A stretch of DNA of 64,000 bases, from the NCBI GenBank assembly GCA_965222225.1, contig CBDCTK010000002.1, positions 2,304,001 through 2,368,000 of the forward strand, read 5' to 3'. Positions within the stretch are counted from its first letter, which is position 1. Every line of letters starts with the position of its first letter. Positions 49,317 through 59,738 of the stretch are shown here, piece after piece. The position numbers and the translations under genes are program-made. Under the pieces are notes generated by a model. It was given only the letters and a program-made list of their open reading frames with translations. It had not been told where the DNA came from and ran no database searches. Source of the stretch: Candidatus Poribacteria bacterium. Its GTDB lineage: Bacteria > Poribacteria > WGA-4E > JAJDTR01.

Positions 49317-51122
49317 ATGGAATTGCAAATCTCATTGGTAGCGGCTTTTGCGGCAATTCTGGTTTTCGGCTGCGTAGACGTCGCGCAGGGCAAGGGAGAG
49401 AACATATTTCCCAACCCGGGATTCGATGAGTTTGAAGGCGAGCTGCCCACCGGCTGGACGGTTGATATATGGAACAGGCCATTGTCAAGGGTGAAGATTA
49501 ACAGGCTAAAACCGGGGCGCGATGGCACCGGCCACTGCCTGGAGATAGTTCCAAGCACGCCGATGGCTAGTGTAACGCTGACGACCTAAGTAGTTCCCGT
49601 ATCAGCCAGCCAAGACTACCTTTTCAAGGGTTACTACGCGTCAGCCTGCGTGGGTGTAACCACGGACAAGAAGTGGATGGACGCAGACGGAGTCACGCTC
49701 ACCGGCAACTGGTTGGATGCCGATGAGAAAACTGTTTCATCATTCACCATCGTGCTCCCGGACACTCAGGATCGCTGGGTTGAGTGTTTCCAAGATGTAC
49801 ACTCCCCTGAGGGTGCAGCGGCGCTCCAGATAGTTATCAATCGGCGATGGGTGGGCGGACGTTTGCGTTTCGATGATTTCTCGCTCCGAGAGGGAAACAT
49901 CAGAGACTACGAGGAGGAGTTCTCTGTCCGGCAAGTGCCCGATGAAGACTTCTTTCCGATTTTCGGCTGGTTGACGCCCGGAACCCCTGCGCCGCACTTC
50001 TTGGGTGATAACGGTCCAAATACCGCGTTGGACTACTACCAGGCCGAATTCGCATTGGCGAATTTTACTATCAATCTCGAACTCAATGAATACAACGGTT
50101 TTGGGATGAAACACCGCCCCCTCGGACAACGGGAAGACGCAGAACTCATCGCGTTTGACAAAGATCCGAACGTGTGGTGGTTCGGCGGAGCCGACGAACC
50201 GAGCGAGAAGGAGTTCCCGCATCTGGCAGAGCAAAATGAACGGATTCAACGATTGGCGCCATCCAAGGACTTTTGGACGAATCTCTTTCCGAGCTACGCC
50301 GACGACTTTCGCGGCAAGCTGGAGAATTACGACCACCATGTCTCGGCGTACATAGATGTCGTAAAGCCAAAGATACTCACCTTCGATCACTACTGCATGG
50401 TCGGCAACGACCCGCGCGTCCATGCCGATAGCTGGTATAGCCCCAACCGTGAAGGGGATTACTTCCCCAACTTGGAGATCGTGCGGAAGCGCACGCTTGA
50501 AGCCGATGTCGAGTTCGGGGTCATCGTGTCGGTGGGCACATTCGGCCCCGTGCGGGGCGTCAGCGAAGCCGAACTGCGATTTCAAGCCTACACCTGCCTC
50601 GCATACGGCGCGCGCTCCCTCGGATGGTTCTGTTACTTGACCGAGATTGAGTACGGAAATTGGCAGAACTGGGAGGATATGGTCATCAACCGCGACGGCA
50701 CCCGGACGCGCCACTACTCCATGTTAAAGTATCTTAACGGCGAAGTGCTCGCCCTTGCCCCGACGCTGCTCCGACTCAAATCAACGGGGGCCTATCACAC
50801 CGACCCGTTACCGCCGATAGCCTACCCGCTCAAAGAATCGGAGCTGGTGGAATCCATCAGCGGCGGGATGGCATTGGTCGGTGAATTCAAGTCCGAGACG
50901 GATGGACGAATCTACATCATGGTGGTAAACCGAGACTTCATTGACCCCGCGACGTTGCAATTGAAGTTCCGCCGTCCCCCTCTAAACCTGTTGGAGGTGT
51001 CCAAACAGAACGGAAACAAGCAACCTGTGACGGGTTATTCTCCGGAGACAGGTGAGATGAAACTCGACCTTGCTGGTGGAGATGGCAGACTCTTCTACCT
51101 TGACGATCAACTGAGCGAATAG
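49317..51122 (+). pseudogene. Secreted CBM-like plus GH-like protein with an internal in-frame TAA
   Basis: ORFs 49317 and 49650 are in the same frame with a single TAA at 49587; signal peptide, NPGFDE, ADEP, FDHY. Confidence 0.75.
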
Positions 51123-51188
51123 CGACCGATCAAGTGACCGGATAGGGAACGCGATAGAATTCCCATTGCGAGGACGATAGAGTGCCCT
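51105..51188 (+). repeat. Stuttered 37-nt units overlapping the gene end
   Basis: Partial unit at 51105 encodes DQLSE*; full unit at 51128..51164. Confidence 0.8.
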
Positions 51189-51367
51189 CGCTGTTCGCTA
51201 CGGGGTCAGTCGAAACCGAAAATACTAGACCCGCGCGCTTGAAATTGGGATTCATGCGCTCAACCCAACTTGCAGGCTGGACCTTTGCAAAAATCGACCT
51301 TGATCGCCAAATCAAGATGGAATCCCTGTTTTCAAGAAAAAGCACTATTCCTTTAGATGAAAAACAT

Positions 51368-52495
51368 ATGAAAATAACCGATGTAAAAACCACGTTACTG
51401 CATATCCCGTCTCTCGGCGGAATCATGGATGCCACAATCCGCTATCCCGCAAAGGGAGCAACGGCGTGCTTTGTGCACATCGTGACCGACACCGGTCTTG
51501 AAGGTTTGAGTCCGGCTGGCGGCGGACGCGCCGCCCAAACCCTCCTTGAAGGATCCTTCAAGGAACTGCTAGTGGGCGAAAACCCGTTGCACATTGAGAA
51601 GCTATGGGACGATCTCTTCTGGTGTATCCGGGGCGTTGGCAGAAAAGGGCTGGCGTTTTGCGCGTTGTCCGCCGTAGATATTGCCCTGTGGGATCTGAAG
51701 GCGAAGCATTTCAACGTGCCGCTCTATCAGTTACTGGGTCCGTACACCGAGTCCGTACCCGTCTACGGCAGCGGTGGCTGGACGCACTTTGACCTTGACG
51801 AATTGGTAACCGAACAGACTCGTTATGTCGAGCGAGGCTTTAAAGCCGTGAAGATGAAAGTCGGCAAAGATTTCGGCAAAAGTGAGCGCGAAGACATTGA
51901 GCGACTGGCTGCCGTTCGGGACGCTGTCGGAGACGATATCGAAATCTACGTTGATGCCAACAACGGCTACTACGCGAAGCAGGCAATCTACATGGGGAAA
52001 GCCTTCGAGGAGTATCGCGTTGGCTGGTTCGAGGAACCTGTTTTAGCCGACGACATTGACGGGCTGGCTGCGGTGGCAAAGGCAATTGATATCCCCGTTG
52101 CGACTGGGGAGCACGAGTACACCAAATACGGCTTTAAGGACCTCATCGCTCGAGGGGGCGCGGACATTGTTCAACCCGACGTGGGGCGCGTGGGCGGCGT
52201 CACCGAATGGCTGAAGGTCGCCCATCTCGCGCACGCCTTCAATCTCCCCGTGGCGCCGCACGCCTATCAACTCATCCATCTGCACCTCGCCTGCGCCACG
52301 CCGAACCTCAAGGTGGTGGAGTACCTCGGAGTCTCCGAGGAAGCGGACAGGATTTACTATCAAGAATTTCCCGAACCCGATAACGGCATGTGGTCCCCTG
52401 ATCCCGACAAACCCGGATTGGGCTTGGAATTGGATCCGGTCGCTATAGAACAGTATGCGGTCGGCGCCGACGTTCCACGCGCGCAGTTGGGGTAA
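51368..52495 (+). CDS. Mandelate racemase/muconate lactonizing enzyme family protein
   Basis: DIALWDLKAK, KMKVG, DAN, EEP and GEHE motifs. Confidence 0.92.
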   Translation: MKITDVKTTLLHIPSLGGIMDATIRYPAKGATACFVHIVTDTGLEGLSPAGGGRAAQTLLEGSFKELLVGENPLHIEKLWDDLFWCIRGVGRKGLAFCALSAVDIALWDLKAKHFNVPLYQLLGPYTESVPVYGSGGWTHFDLDELVTEQTRYVERGFKAVKMKVGKDFGKSEREDIERLAAVRDAVGDDIEIYVDANNGYYAKQAIYMGKAFEEYRVGWFEEPVLADDIDGLAAVAKAIDIPVATGEHEYTKYGFKDLIARGGADIVQPDVGRVGGVTEWLKVAHLAHAFNLPVAPHAYQLIHLHLACATPNLKVVEYLGVSEEADRIYYQEFPEPDNGMWSPDPDKPGLGLELDPVAIEQYAVGADVPRAQLG

Positions 52496-52658
52496 GCAGT
52501 AACCTCTCCGCCGTATCCTCAGAGACTGACCAAATAACTCCCTTTACACTAGCTAGTCCACGCCTTGCTGGTACATTTATAGTCATTGCTACTGAGAATG
52601 ATACATATAGGAGTTATGCCCTACGGCTTGTAATAGCACAATCAATTGTGCGTCTTCT

Positions 52659-52760
52659 GTAGGAGCGATCAAACGACCGAATAGTGAGTGCGATAGCGAT
52701 TACTTGCCCCGCATTGGTAAAATTTGATTGACGCGATTAATGCACTGCAAATATAGAGAA
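52659..52760 (+). repeat. REP start + 37-nt unit + conserved tail
   Basis: GTAGGAGC[GATCAAACGACCGAATAGTGAGTGCGATAGCGATTAC]TTGCCCCGC...; compare the empty form at 54412. Confidence 0.8.
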
Positions 52761-52761
52761 T

Positions 52762-53136
52762 TTGATTGTTTACAGCTTAAAAAACACGGGTGATAGGCGA
52801 GCAATTCAAACCCTTATCGAACTCATAACACGCCCTGCTGATTTCAAAAAGAATTGGGCTTCCATGCAAGAGATGGCTGCACAAGTTCTATCGCGTTTTG
52901 CAATTCATAAGCACTATTCTAGTACCCTTTATTGCCGACGCAACACTGCGGAAGGAATCGCTATCCCTCCCGTAGAGCATCATCAAGTCAACCAGGGTGA
53001 TATAGAACAAATAATTGCAGCCGTGCGAAACGCCGGATACGACATTGATAAGCTAGAAAACTCTCTCACGGACTTGGAATTGTATAATTCCACTAACCCG
53101 GGGGAATTAAACACACAATACGGAAAAACCGAGTAA
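52762..53136 (+). other. Possible 5'-truncated gene fragment (HEAT-like start)
   Basis: Open for 124 codons, no RBS seen, begins at the repeat boundary; SLKNTGDRRAIQTLIEL. Confidence 0.35.
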
Positions 53137-53225
53137 GAGCCGAGATGTGTTCCCTAAATTCATGCTATCGGTAGCATTCTAATTATGCTAGTTATGCTTT
53201 GGGGAGAATCCTCGGTATTCTAACT

Positions 53226-54125
53226 CTAACTCGGCGGATAAATCAGATACCCCTTTCTCCCCGGCCGGGTGCGGAAAAGACAGCCGCCCGCCGTGACGTA
53301 AAGCGTCTGCAAATCCGGACCGCCGAACGTGCAGTTCGTCGGCTGGTCCGTCGGTACAGGGTGTGTTTCGAGAACGCGACCGCTAGGTGTGAAAACGTAT
53401 AGCATCGGTCCGGGCCCGCTCTCCTCCCAACCCGCGGTAGCGATGATATTCCCGTCACGGTCCCAGCACATGCCGTCAATCCCGCGATGCGGGTAGAAGT
53501 TGTGCAACACCTCGTATGCCCCCACCGATCCGTCGTCGTTGATAGGATACCGCCTCAATTCACGCGGATTGTTGTCGCCGTAAGCACTCTGCGCGACATA
53601 GAGCCACTTGCCATCCCGCGAAAACAGGAGGCCGTTCGGACTTGTCGTGTCATACGTAACACGGGTGATGTCCCATGAGTCGTCCGCGCGCGGATCCAAT
53701 CGGAACACCGATCGGTGGTCAAGCTCTAAATCGTCCGTTTCATCGCCATACCGCGGATCGGTGAACCACAACCTGCCCTGCGCATCGAAGGCGAGGTCAT
53801 TCGGACTGTTGAGACGCTTGCCTTCAAATTCTTCCGCGACGACTGTTGTCGTGCCGTCCGCATTGTAGCGTGAAATTCGTCGTCCGCCCTTTCCGTCGCT
53901 GAACAGTTTACTGCCTTCGCAGGCGTAGAGATTCCCATCCTTATCAAAAATCAACCCGTTCGCCTCGTTTGTGCCGGACCGAAACGCGGCGCATTCGCCG
54001 CTTGCCGGATCATAGCGCATCACGCGGCTGGTCGAAATATCCGTAAACAGCACGGCTTCCCCATCCCATGCCGGTCCTTCGGTGAAACCGTACGGTCCAG
54101 CGACCTGTTCAAACTCCCAACTCAT
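53226..54125 (-). CDS. SMP-30/gluconolactonase/LRE family protein
   Basis: TEGPAW, NSPNDL, FTDP, PNGL, DGM and PTNCTFGG motifs. Confidence 0.92.
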   Translation of the reverse strand: MSWEFEQVAGPYGFTEGPAWDGEAVLFTDISTSRVMRYDPASGECAAFRSGTNEANGLIFDKDGNLYACEGSKLFSDGKGGRRISRYNADGTTTVVAEEFEGKRLNSPNDLAFDAQGRLWFTDPRYGDETDDLELDHRSVFRLDPRADDSWDITRVTYDTTSPNGLLFSRDGKWLYVAQSAYGDNNPRELRRYPINDDGSVGAYEVLHNFYPHRGIDGMCWDRDGNIIATAGWEESGPGPMLYVFTPSGRVLETHPVPTDQPTNCTFGGPDLQTLYVTAGGCLFRTRPGRKGYLIYPPS

Positions 54126-54225
54126 AACTGTTACCTCCTACTCGCTTGTGGAATAATTCCAAATGTGATATAGTGCGTTGGCCATGAAATTGATACCCGA
54201 CGATAATATGGATTCAATTACTACA

Positions 54226-54483
54226 TTATACCATTTCGTTTGAATAAGTGTGCATAGGGTGAAATATTCACTTTGTTAGGACTTACGCTGATTGACTTCG
54301 TAGGTTGGGTTGAACGGAAATCCAAGAGAAATCGCGCACAGAGAGAAGACTTCCGATGTTTCATTCTGCCCGAAAGCGCAGGACATTCGAGTGAAACCCA
54401 ACACCTCATCTGTAGGAGCGATCTCCGAATCGCGACTTTAATTCACGCCATTGATGCACTTGCATTTTAGAGAAACGGTGTTA
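54226..54483. mobile_element. MITE-like composite: imperfect terminal inverted repeats enclosing two GTAG elements
   Basis: Left TTATACCATTTC...GTGCAT and right ATGCAC...GAAACGGTGTTA; internal GTAGGTTGGGTTGA...GTGAAACCCAAC (54300..54402) and GTAGGAGCGATCTCCGAATCGCGAC (54412). Confidence 0.55.
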
Positions 54484-54507
54484 CTACCATTCTAAAAGGA
54501 AAGGCGC

Positions 54508-55143
54508 ATGATTTTAGACCAGTTGGTTGTAAGTCCTTTTCAATCGAACTGCTGGATCTTCGGGTGCGACGAAACCCTTGAGGGTGTCGTGATTGATCCG
54601 GGCGATGAAGCCGAACGCATCCTGGAATCCGTCCAGAATTACGGCTTGACCATCAAATACCTCATTCATACGCATGGGCACCTCGACCATGTGGGCGCCA
54701 CCGCCGCCGTGCAACGCGAAACTGACGGCTTAACCCTCATACATGAAGCCGACCAAATCATGCTCGACAATCTGCCAGCTCAAGCAGCCCTGTTCGGAGG
54801 CGGCGACCCCGAAATCCCAGCCGTCGATCAGTACATCAAGGAAGGCGACCTCATCTCATTCGGGCGTTACGTCCTGTCCGTCATTGAAACCCCCGGTCAC
54901 AGCCCCGGAGGCATCTGCCTCAAGCTGGAAGGTAAGGAGCAAGGCGTTTTCGCCGGGGACACGCTCTTTAAGGGCAGTATCGGTCGAACGGATTTGTGGG
55001 GCGGCTCTTACGAGCAACTATTGGACTCAATCCGAGACCAACTCTTGCCGCTCGACGACGACACGCCAGTCTTCCCCGGTCACGGACCGCAGACAACAAT
55101 AGGCGCCGAAAAGCGAAATAACCCCTTCTTACATGGACTTTAA
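54508..55143 (+). CDS. MBL-fold metallo-hydrolase (glyoxalase II/YcbL-like)
   Basis: THGHLDH, TPGHSPG, GDTLF and PGHG motifs. Confidence 0.92.
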   Translation: MILDQLVVSPFQSNCWIFGCDETLEGVVIDPGDEAERILESVQNYGLTIKYLIHTHGHLDHVGATAAVQRETDGLTLIHEADQIMLDNLPAQAALFGGGDPEIPAVDQYIKEGDLISFGRYVLSVIETPGHSPGGICLKLEGKEQGVFAGDTLFKGSIGRTDLWGGSYEQLLDSIRDQLLPLDDDTPVFPGHGPQTTIGAEKRNNPFLHGL

Positions 55144-55201
55144 GCGCCCTTAGAGCATAATGTATACATTTTCAAAAGCGGTGTGTGGTCGAGAGGTCCC
55201 C

Positions 55202-55233
55202 AATCTTCCAACCTTCCGTCCTTCCAATCTTCC
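55202..55233. repeat. Four tandem octamers NNYCTTCC
   Basis: AATCTTCC AACCTTCC GTCCTTCC AATCTTCC between convergent genes. Confidence 0.6.
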
Positions 55234-55282
55234 TCAAAAGGTGTCTCCACGTTCAAACCGGGAGGGATGTAACACTCCGCGC

Positions 55283-56086
55283 TCATCGTGTCCCAGAGTG
55301 TTCCCTTATCTCCCATACCTCGCACCCTTGAAAACGCATGTGTACCTCCTCCACATACTTCGGTCGCGTGAGATAGCTATTCACACCCGGCACCGCCGCG
55401 CCGCGCAGCAGAAACGCACAAGAATTCGGTTGGCTGACGATGCGCGTGCTCGTCGGAATATACCGAATCGTCAAGCCGCCGCGCCGCTTGGATGACGTGT
55501 TCGCGTTCGATCCGTGTATGATGTTCGGGTGATGCACCGAGATATCTCCCGCCTTGAGCACAAAGTCGACAGCGCAGGATTCGTCGACCAGCTCCGGATC
55601 TATTCCCGAACTGAGTACATTGGGAATCTCGGTACGCGGTTTCATTTCATGCAGATCCAGTGTGTGCGTTCCCGGAATCACACGCATACACCCGTTTTCC
55701 GGCATCGAATCATCCACGGCGAGCCACAACGTCACAACCTCCATCGGCTCTAGGGGCCAATAACTGCCGTCTTGATGCCATAGTACCGGATGCCCATCGG
55801 ATGGCGGTTTGCAGATATAGTGCGAGGCAAATAGGGCGATATTCGGTCCGACGAAAATCTCCGCAATATCCAACAGTCGTTCGTCGCTGACGAGTCGCAC
55901 CCAAAACGGGTCGTCGACGACAAGCGGATGATGGTATTGCTCCGGTCGTAACTCCGGATTCTTCTCCTGCAGCCAGTCTAGGTGGCGGCTCGCCTCCTGG
56001 ACCAAGCCGGGGTCAAGCACATTCCGAAAAATTGCGTACCCATCCCGTTTGTATTTCTGAAGCACGTCGTCAGCACGATTCATCAT
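55283..56086 (-). CDS. PhyH family dioxygenase
   Basis: WHQD, ENGCMRVIPGTH and IIHGS motifs. Confidence 0.92.
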   Translation of the reverse strand: MMNRADDVLQKYKRDGYAIFRNVLDPGLVQEASRHLDWLQEKNPELRPEQYHHPLVVDDPFWVRLVSDERLLDIAEIFVGPNIALFASHYICKPPSDGHPVLWHQDGSYWPLEPMEVVTLWLAVDDSMPENGCMRVIPGTHTLDLHEMKPRTEIPNVLSSGIDPELVDESCAVDFVLKAGDISVHHPNIIHGSNANTSSKRRGGLTIRYIPTSTRIVSQPNSCAFLLRGAAVPGVNSYLTRPKYVEEVHMRFQGCEVWEIREHSGTR

Positions 56087-56150
56087 ATCTCCTACCAGAT
56101 AGCTCGATTGGAATCCTTTGAGAGGCATTCCTTGTCCATGGTAACCACTA

Positions 56151-58367
56151 TCACGGCAGCCACCAATACGTTATTTTCCCGATGATTGTCCAGTCGCGGA
56201 GATTGATGCCCTCCCCTTCAGTATCATAGGTCTGGTTGACGACCAAGTAGAAATCGCTCCCCGGACGATAGATATAGTTTATCAGGAGGTTGGCGGACAC
56301 AGCGTCTCCGTCACTGCTCCACTGCGCGAACAGCTTAGTAAAGAGCGTCGTCGAGAAGGAATAACTCACGCGTCCACCAAAAATGCTGGCATTGAACGCC
56401 TTCGATGGGAGACTAACGCGATTAAACTCAAGCAACGGCTGTATACTCAGCCGCGCATTCGGCTTGATGATTGCGTCCACGCCAATTCCGCGCCTCGTAC
56501 CGTGATAGAACTCCCCGAACTCTACGCGCAGTTCACCGAATACCTTACGACTGCTACTGCCGTAAATTGACCCTCGAAACCAAGTGAAGTTATAGTCTCC
56601 GCTTGGAATGACAGCGTCCTGAATTTGAAAAACTTCCGTCAGATGCTCCGTCGTATGCCTTGCTTGGAAACCTATCCAATCCCCGCTTTCAAGGTCGAAT
56701 TCGCTGTCAAGAACAAGCTCTCGTGTTTCCAGTTCATTGTCGCGATTCAACACAAGTTCAATCTCGGGACCGGTTTCAATCTGACGTATTCCGAATGCCT
56801 GCGGCCAAGGGGTATATTGCGCTTTACCACGAATATGGCGAACCCCTCTGCGCCGAACAAATCCAACTTCAGGATTGAACTCCCCTCCGATATCGGTATA
56901 TGAGCCATCCACTTGAAAACGATTGCTACGCCAGTCGCCCCCCAAATAAAAGGCGTCGTTCTGTTCGGATACCCCGTCATCAAGCGTGCGCGCCCAAAGT
57001 CCTCGGATATCTAGGTCTTTCCGCGGCCGATAGGAAAAATCAAACCCCGCCGTGCGATTGTAGGCATCGGCGCTTTGCTTATTGATGGCGATCACGCCGA
57101 TAGATGACCCGCTGAAGATGTCCCTCGTCAAGCGCAGCACGGAGTAATTTGTGCGGGGTTCCGCCACCTCTTCGTCCTGAAATTCATCCGTGAACACGTC
57201 AAGCACACCGACGCCGTAGGGGCCAACTTTTCCAGTTATCTTACCGCCCGCGACAATCGGGACCGCACGTTCTTGTGCCAGACCGATGCGACGGCTGTAG
57301 AAGAGAAGCAACGGCGGTGGCCTGTGGAAACTGGGGCGCGGAATACCGACATCAAAGATACCGGCGCCTTCTAGAAAGAAGGGGCGCTGCTCCGGGAAAA
57401 ACAGGTCGAAGCGAGTGAGATTGACCTGCTCTTCATCGGCTTCAACCTGCGCGAAGTCGGTGTTCAGCGTGAGGTCTGCCGTCAGATTTGACGTGATGCC
57501 GTACTTGAGGTCCAAACCTGCCTCAAACACCGCATTGGTCTGCGCCTCCTCTGCTTCGCGGCTGCTACCGGCTGAAACATAAGGGAGGATTTCCAGATTG
57601 CGTGAGGGGGAGATGCCCTCCAATCCCGTGAGACTGCCGAAGTAGGCGGTGCGATACTTTCCAAGGGGACCGTATGTCTTAGGCGCCGGATTCCATGCCC
57701 CTATCTCTTGGGTACGCGCAATCTCTCGACCGAAGTTTATCCCCCACGTCATCACATCGTTTTTCTCAAAGCGGAGTTGACTGAACGGTATGGCAATCTC
57801 CGTCGTCCAATTATCGGCATTGATTCTGCTGCGACACTCCCAAACGATATCCCAGTTGGTATTCCGGCTATCGCCGCTGTTCGACACCGCTGTGTCTTCC
57901 ATCCCACCCAATGGGTTGAAACGGAAGAAAACCGCATTGCGCCGATCGTTGTAGGTGTCCAATAGCAGAAAACCGTAGTCGTTGGACCGCAGTCCCTCGG
58001 AATCCCGGCGCATCTCGTTCGCAACTAGCTTCTCCATCTCCGCGTCGAAAAAGGTGAAACCGAAGTAAAGATTCTTCTCATCATAAAGAATCCGCACCTC
58101 GCTCGCCTGGGTCATAGGCACGCCTTGGTTCGGTTGTATCTGGAGCAACTCGCGAATCGGCTCTACATTTCGCCAAGCAGGCTCATCAAGATTCCCGTCG
58201 ACCTTGATGTTCTCAGAAATCCGGTGGGCAGAGAGGCGATGTTGCACCGGTTCCGCGGTCACAACGAGCGGAGCCAACGGCGTGCAAATCGATAGTATAA
58301 GCAGAAGATTTCCAACCCTCCAACTCAAGCGCGCCAGAGATTGGTTAGCAAGAAGAAAATGAGACAT
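56151..58367 (-). CDS. DUF5916-type protein (CBM9-like N-terminus plus probable outer-membrane barrel)
   Basis: VDGNLDEPAW, EIAIPFSQLRF, NTDFAQVEAD, FFPEQRPFFLEG and FYSRRIG motifs. Confidence 0.85.
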   Translation of the reverse strand: MSHFLLANQSLARLSWRVGNLLLILSICTPLAPLVVTAEPVQHRLSAHRISENIKVDGNLDEPAWRNVEPIRELLQIQPNQGVPMTQASEVRILYDEKNLYFGFTFFDAEMEKLVANEMRRDSEGLRSNDYGFLLLDTYNDRRNAVFFRFNPLGGMEDTAVSNSGDSRNTNWDIVWECRSRINADNWTTEIAIPFSQLRFEKNDVMTWGINFGREIARTQEIGAWNPAPKTYGPLGKYRTAYFGSLTGLEGISPSRNLEILPYVSAGSSREAEEAQTNAVFEAGLDLKYGITSNLTADLTLNTDFAQVEADEEQVNLTRFDLFFPEQRPFFLEGAGIFDVGIPRPSFHRPPPLLLFYSRRIGLAQERAVPIVAGGKITGKVGPYGVGVLDVFTDEFQDEEVAEPRTNYSVLRLTRDIFSGSSIGVIAINKQSADAYNRTAGFDFSYRPRKDLDIRGLWARTLDDGVSEQNDAFYLGGDWRSNRFQVDGSYTDIGGEFNPEVGFVRRRGVRHIRGKAQYTPWPQAFGIRQIETGPEIELVLNRDNELETRELVLDSEFDLESGDWIGFQARHTTEHLTEVFQIQDAVIPSGDYNFTWFRGSIYGSSSRKVFGELRVEFGEFYHGTRRGIGVDAIIKPNARLSIQPLLEFNRVSLPSKAFNASIFGGRVSYSFSTTLFTKLFAQWSSDGDAVSANLLINYIYRPGSDFYLVVNQTYDTEGEGINLRDWTIIGKITYWWLP

Positions 58368-58417
58368 GACGGAATCACTTTATTTTATTAGGACGGGGCA
58401 CCCTTGTGCAGATTACG

Positions 58418-58557
58418 GCATACGGAGTATGCCTACTACTGTTTTCCGATTCAGTTAAATTGGGGGTTGGGTTTCGCTAGGATCAAATGAGCGATTAGCG
58501 AATGCGATATAGATCTTAGGCGATAGAAAATGCCATTCGCTATCCGTTCGCTTGATC
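58418..58557. repeat. REP (- strand) and opposed 37-nt units
   Basis: GGCATACGGAGTATGCCTACTAC; GTTGGGTTTCGC; + unit at 58481..58517; - partial at 58533..58557. Confidence 0.75.
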
Positions 58558-58591
58558 AGCGCTAGTGCTTTCAAAGGCCACAGCGTCGAGC

Positions 58592-59431
58592 TTAGAACGA
58601 CAGACCGATCTCGCTCGCCACACCGGTTATATAACCCTTCGCCAAGTCATACTCTTCTTTCCCGGGCAGGTGCTCCATCATCAACGGCACATCCCCCGGC
58701 AGGCGATTCAACTCCGCGAGATAGGTGCGGTAGTCCAAGCTGCCCGTCCCCGGACGGCACTCCTGTATCTCCACCATGAAGGTCGGATACATCACGATAT
58801 CTTTGCCGTGGCAACTGACGATGGCGTCCCCAAGTTTCTCGAAACACTCCCGAATGACGCTAGTGTTGTTGAAAAATCGCCACGGCGAGGTGATGATGTT
58901 GACGGGATCCAGGTGCACCCGAAACGACGGACGATCAACCGCTTTGAGCAGAGCGACGTAGGAATCGGCGCTGTCCGGAAAAACCGAGGGCATCATCTCC
59001 AACAGAAAACTCGCACGCCTCGGTTTAGCCGTATCCAGAATCTGCCGGACAACCTCCACAATGAGATCGAAACACTCGTCCGTCAGATTCTTGGGGTGAG
59101 GAGCGGTTGACGAGGCTAGGTCGTATGTGCCGGAATAATTCACACAGCCCAGTGCACCGACTTCGTCCGCCACCGCAAGCCGTTCACAGACGGTGTCAAT
59201 CTGCGCACCCCGCTTTTCCAAATCGGGGGAAATCATATTTCCCCATGCGCCTCCGACTTCGGCAATCACGACTCCCTCTGCGCCAAAGGCGCGCTCAATC
59301 TCCCGCATGCGTGCCGGTTCTTGCGAGGTAACCCTCGGGCAATAGGCGGCGCGAAAACCTTCTGCCGTATGGGCTCTCGCTAACGCTGCCGGGTCATCGG
59401 TGTTAACGAAAACGGGTCCGCCAAGTCTCAT
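58592..59431 (-). CDS. Sugar phosphate isomerase/epimerase (xylose-isomerase-like TIM barrel)
   Basis: LEMM, HLDPVN, HGKD and MMEH motifs. Confidence 0.88.
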   Translation of the reverse strand: MRLGGPVFVNTDDPAALARAHTAEGFRAAYCPRVTSQEPARMREIERAFGAEGVVIAEVGGAWGNMISPDLEKRGAQIDTVCERLAVADEVGALGCVNYSGTYDLASSTAPHPKNLTDECFDLIVEVVRQILDTAKPRRASFLLEMMPSVFPDSADSYVALLKAVDRPSFRVHLDPVNIITSPWRFFNNTSVIRECFEKLGDAIVSCHGKDIVMYPTFMVEIQECRPGTGSLDYRTYLAELNRLPGDVPLMMEHLPGKEEYDLAKGYITGVASEIGLSF

Positions 59432-59738
59432 GATCCATCTCCCTTCAAGGTCGGGGCAAAATGATTGCAGTTCAGTGTAAAAAGATTGGATTTCTTCTGG
59501 ATCTTATCGTCATAATCTTGTATCCTTAATATGCCATTTTAGCACACACTCGACGAAACTGTAAACAGCCTTTTCCTAGCCTTGCTCGTTTGCATTTACC
59601 TAGTTCCGACGCTCGGTTTATCCCGTCAATCAAGGCATCACCGCACTGAAAAACGGTGCTTTCGTCTGTCGAGGCGTGCTTCCTTCAACCGAAACAGACC
59701 CGCTTCAGCACTGAAGCCCAAGGAACAACCCAAGTCCT

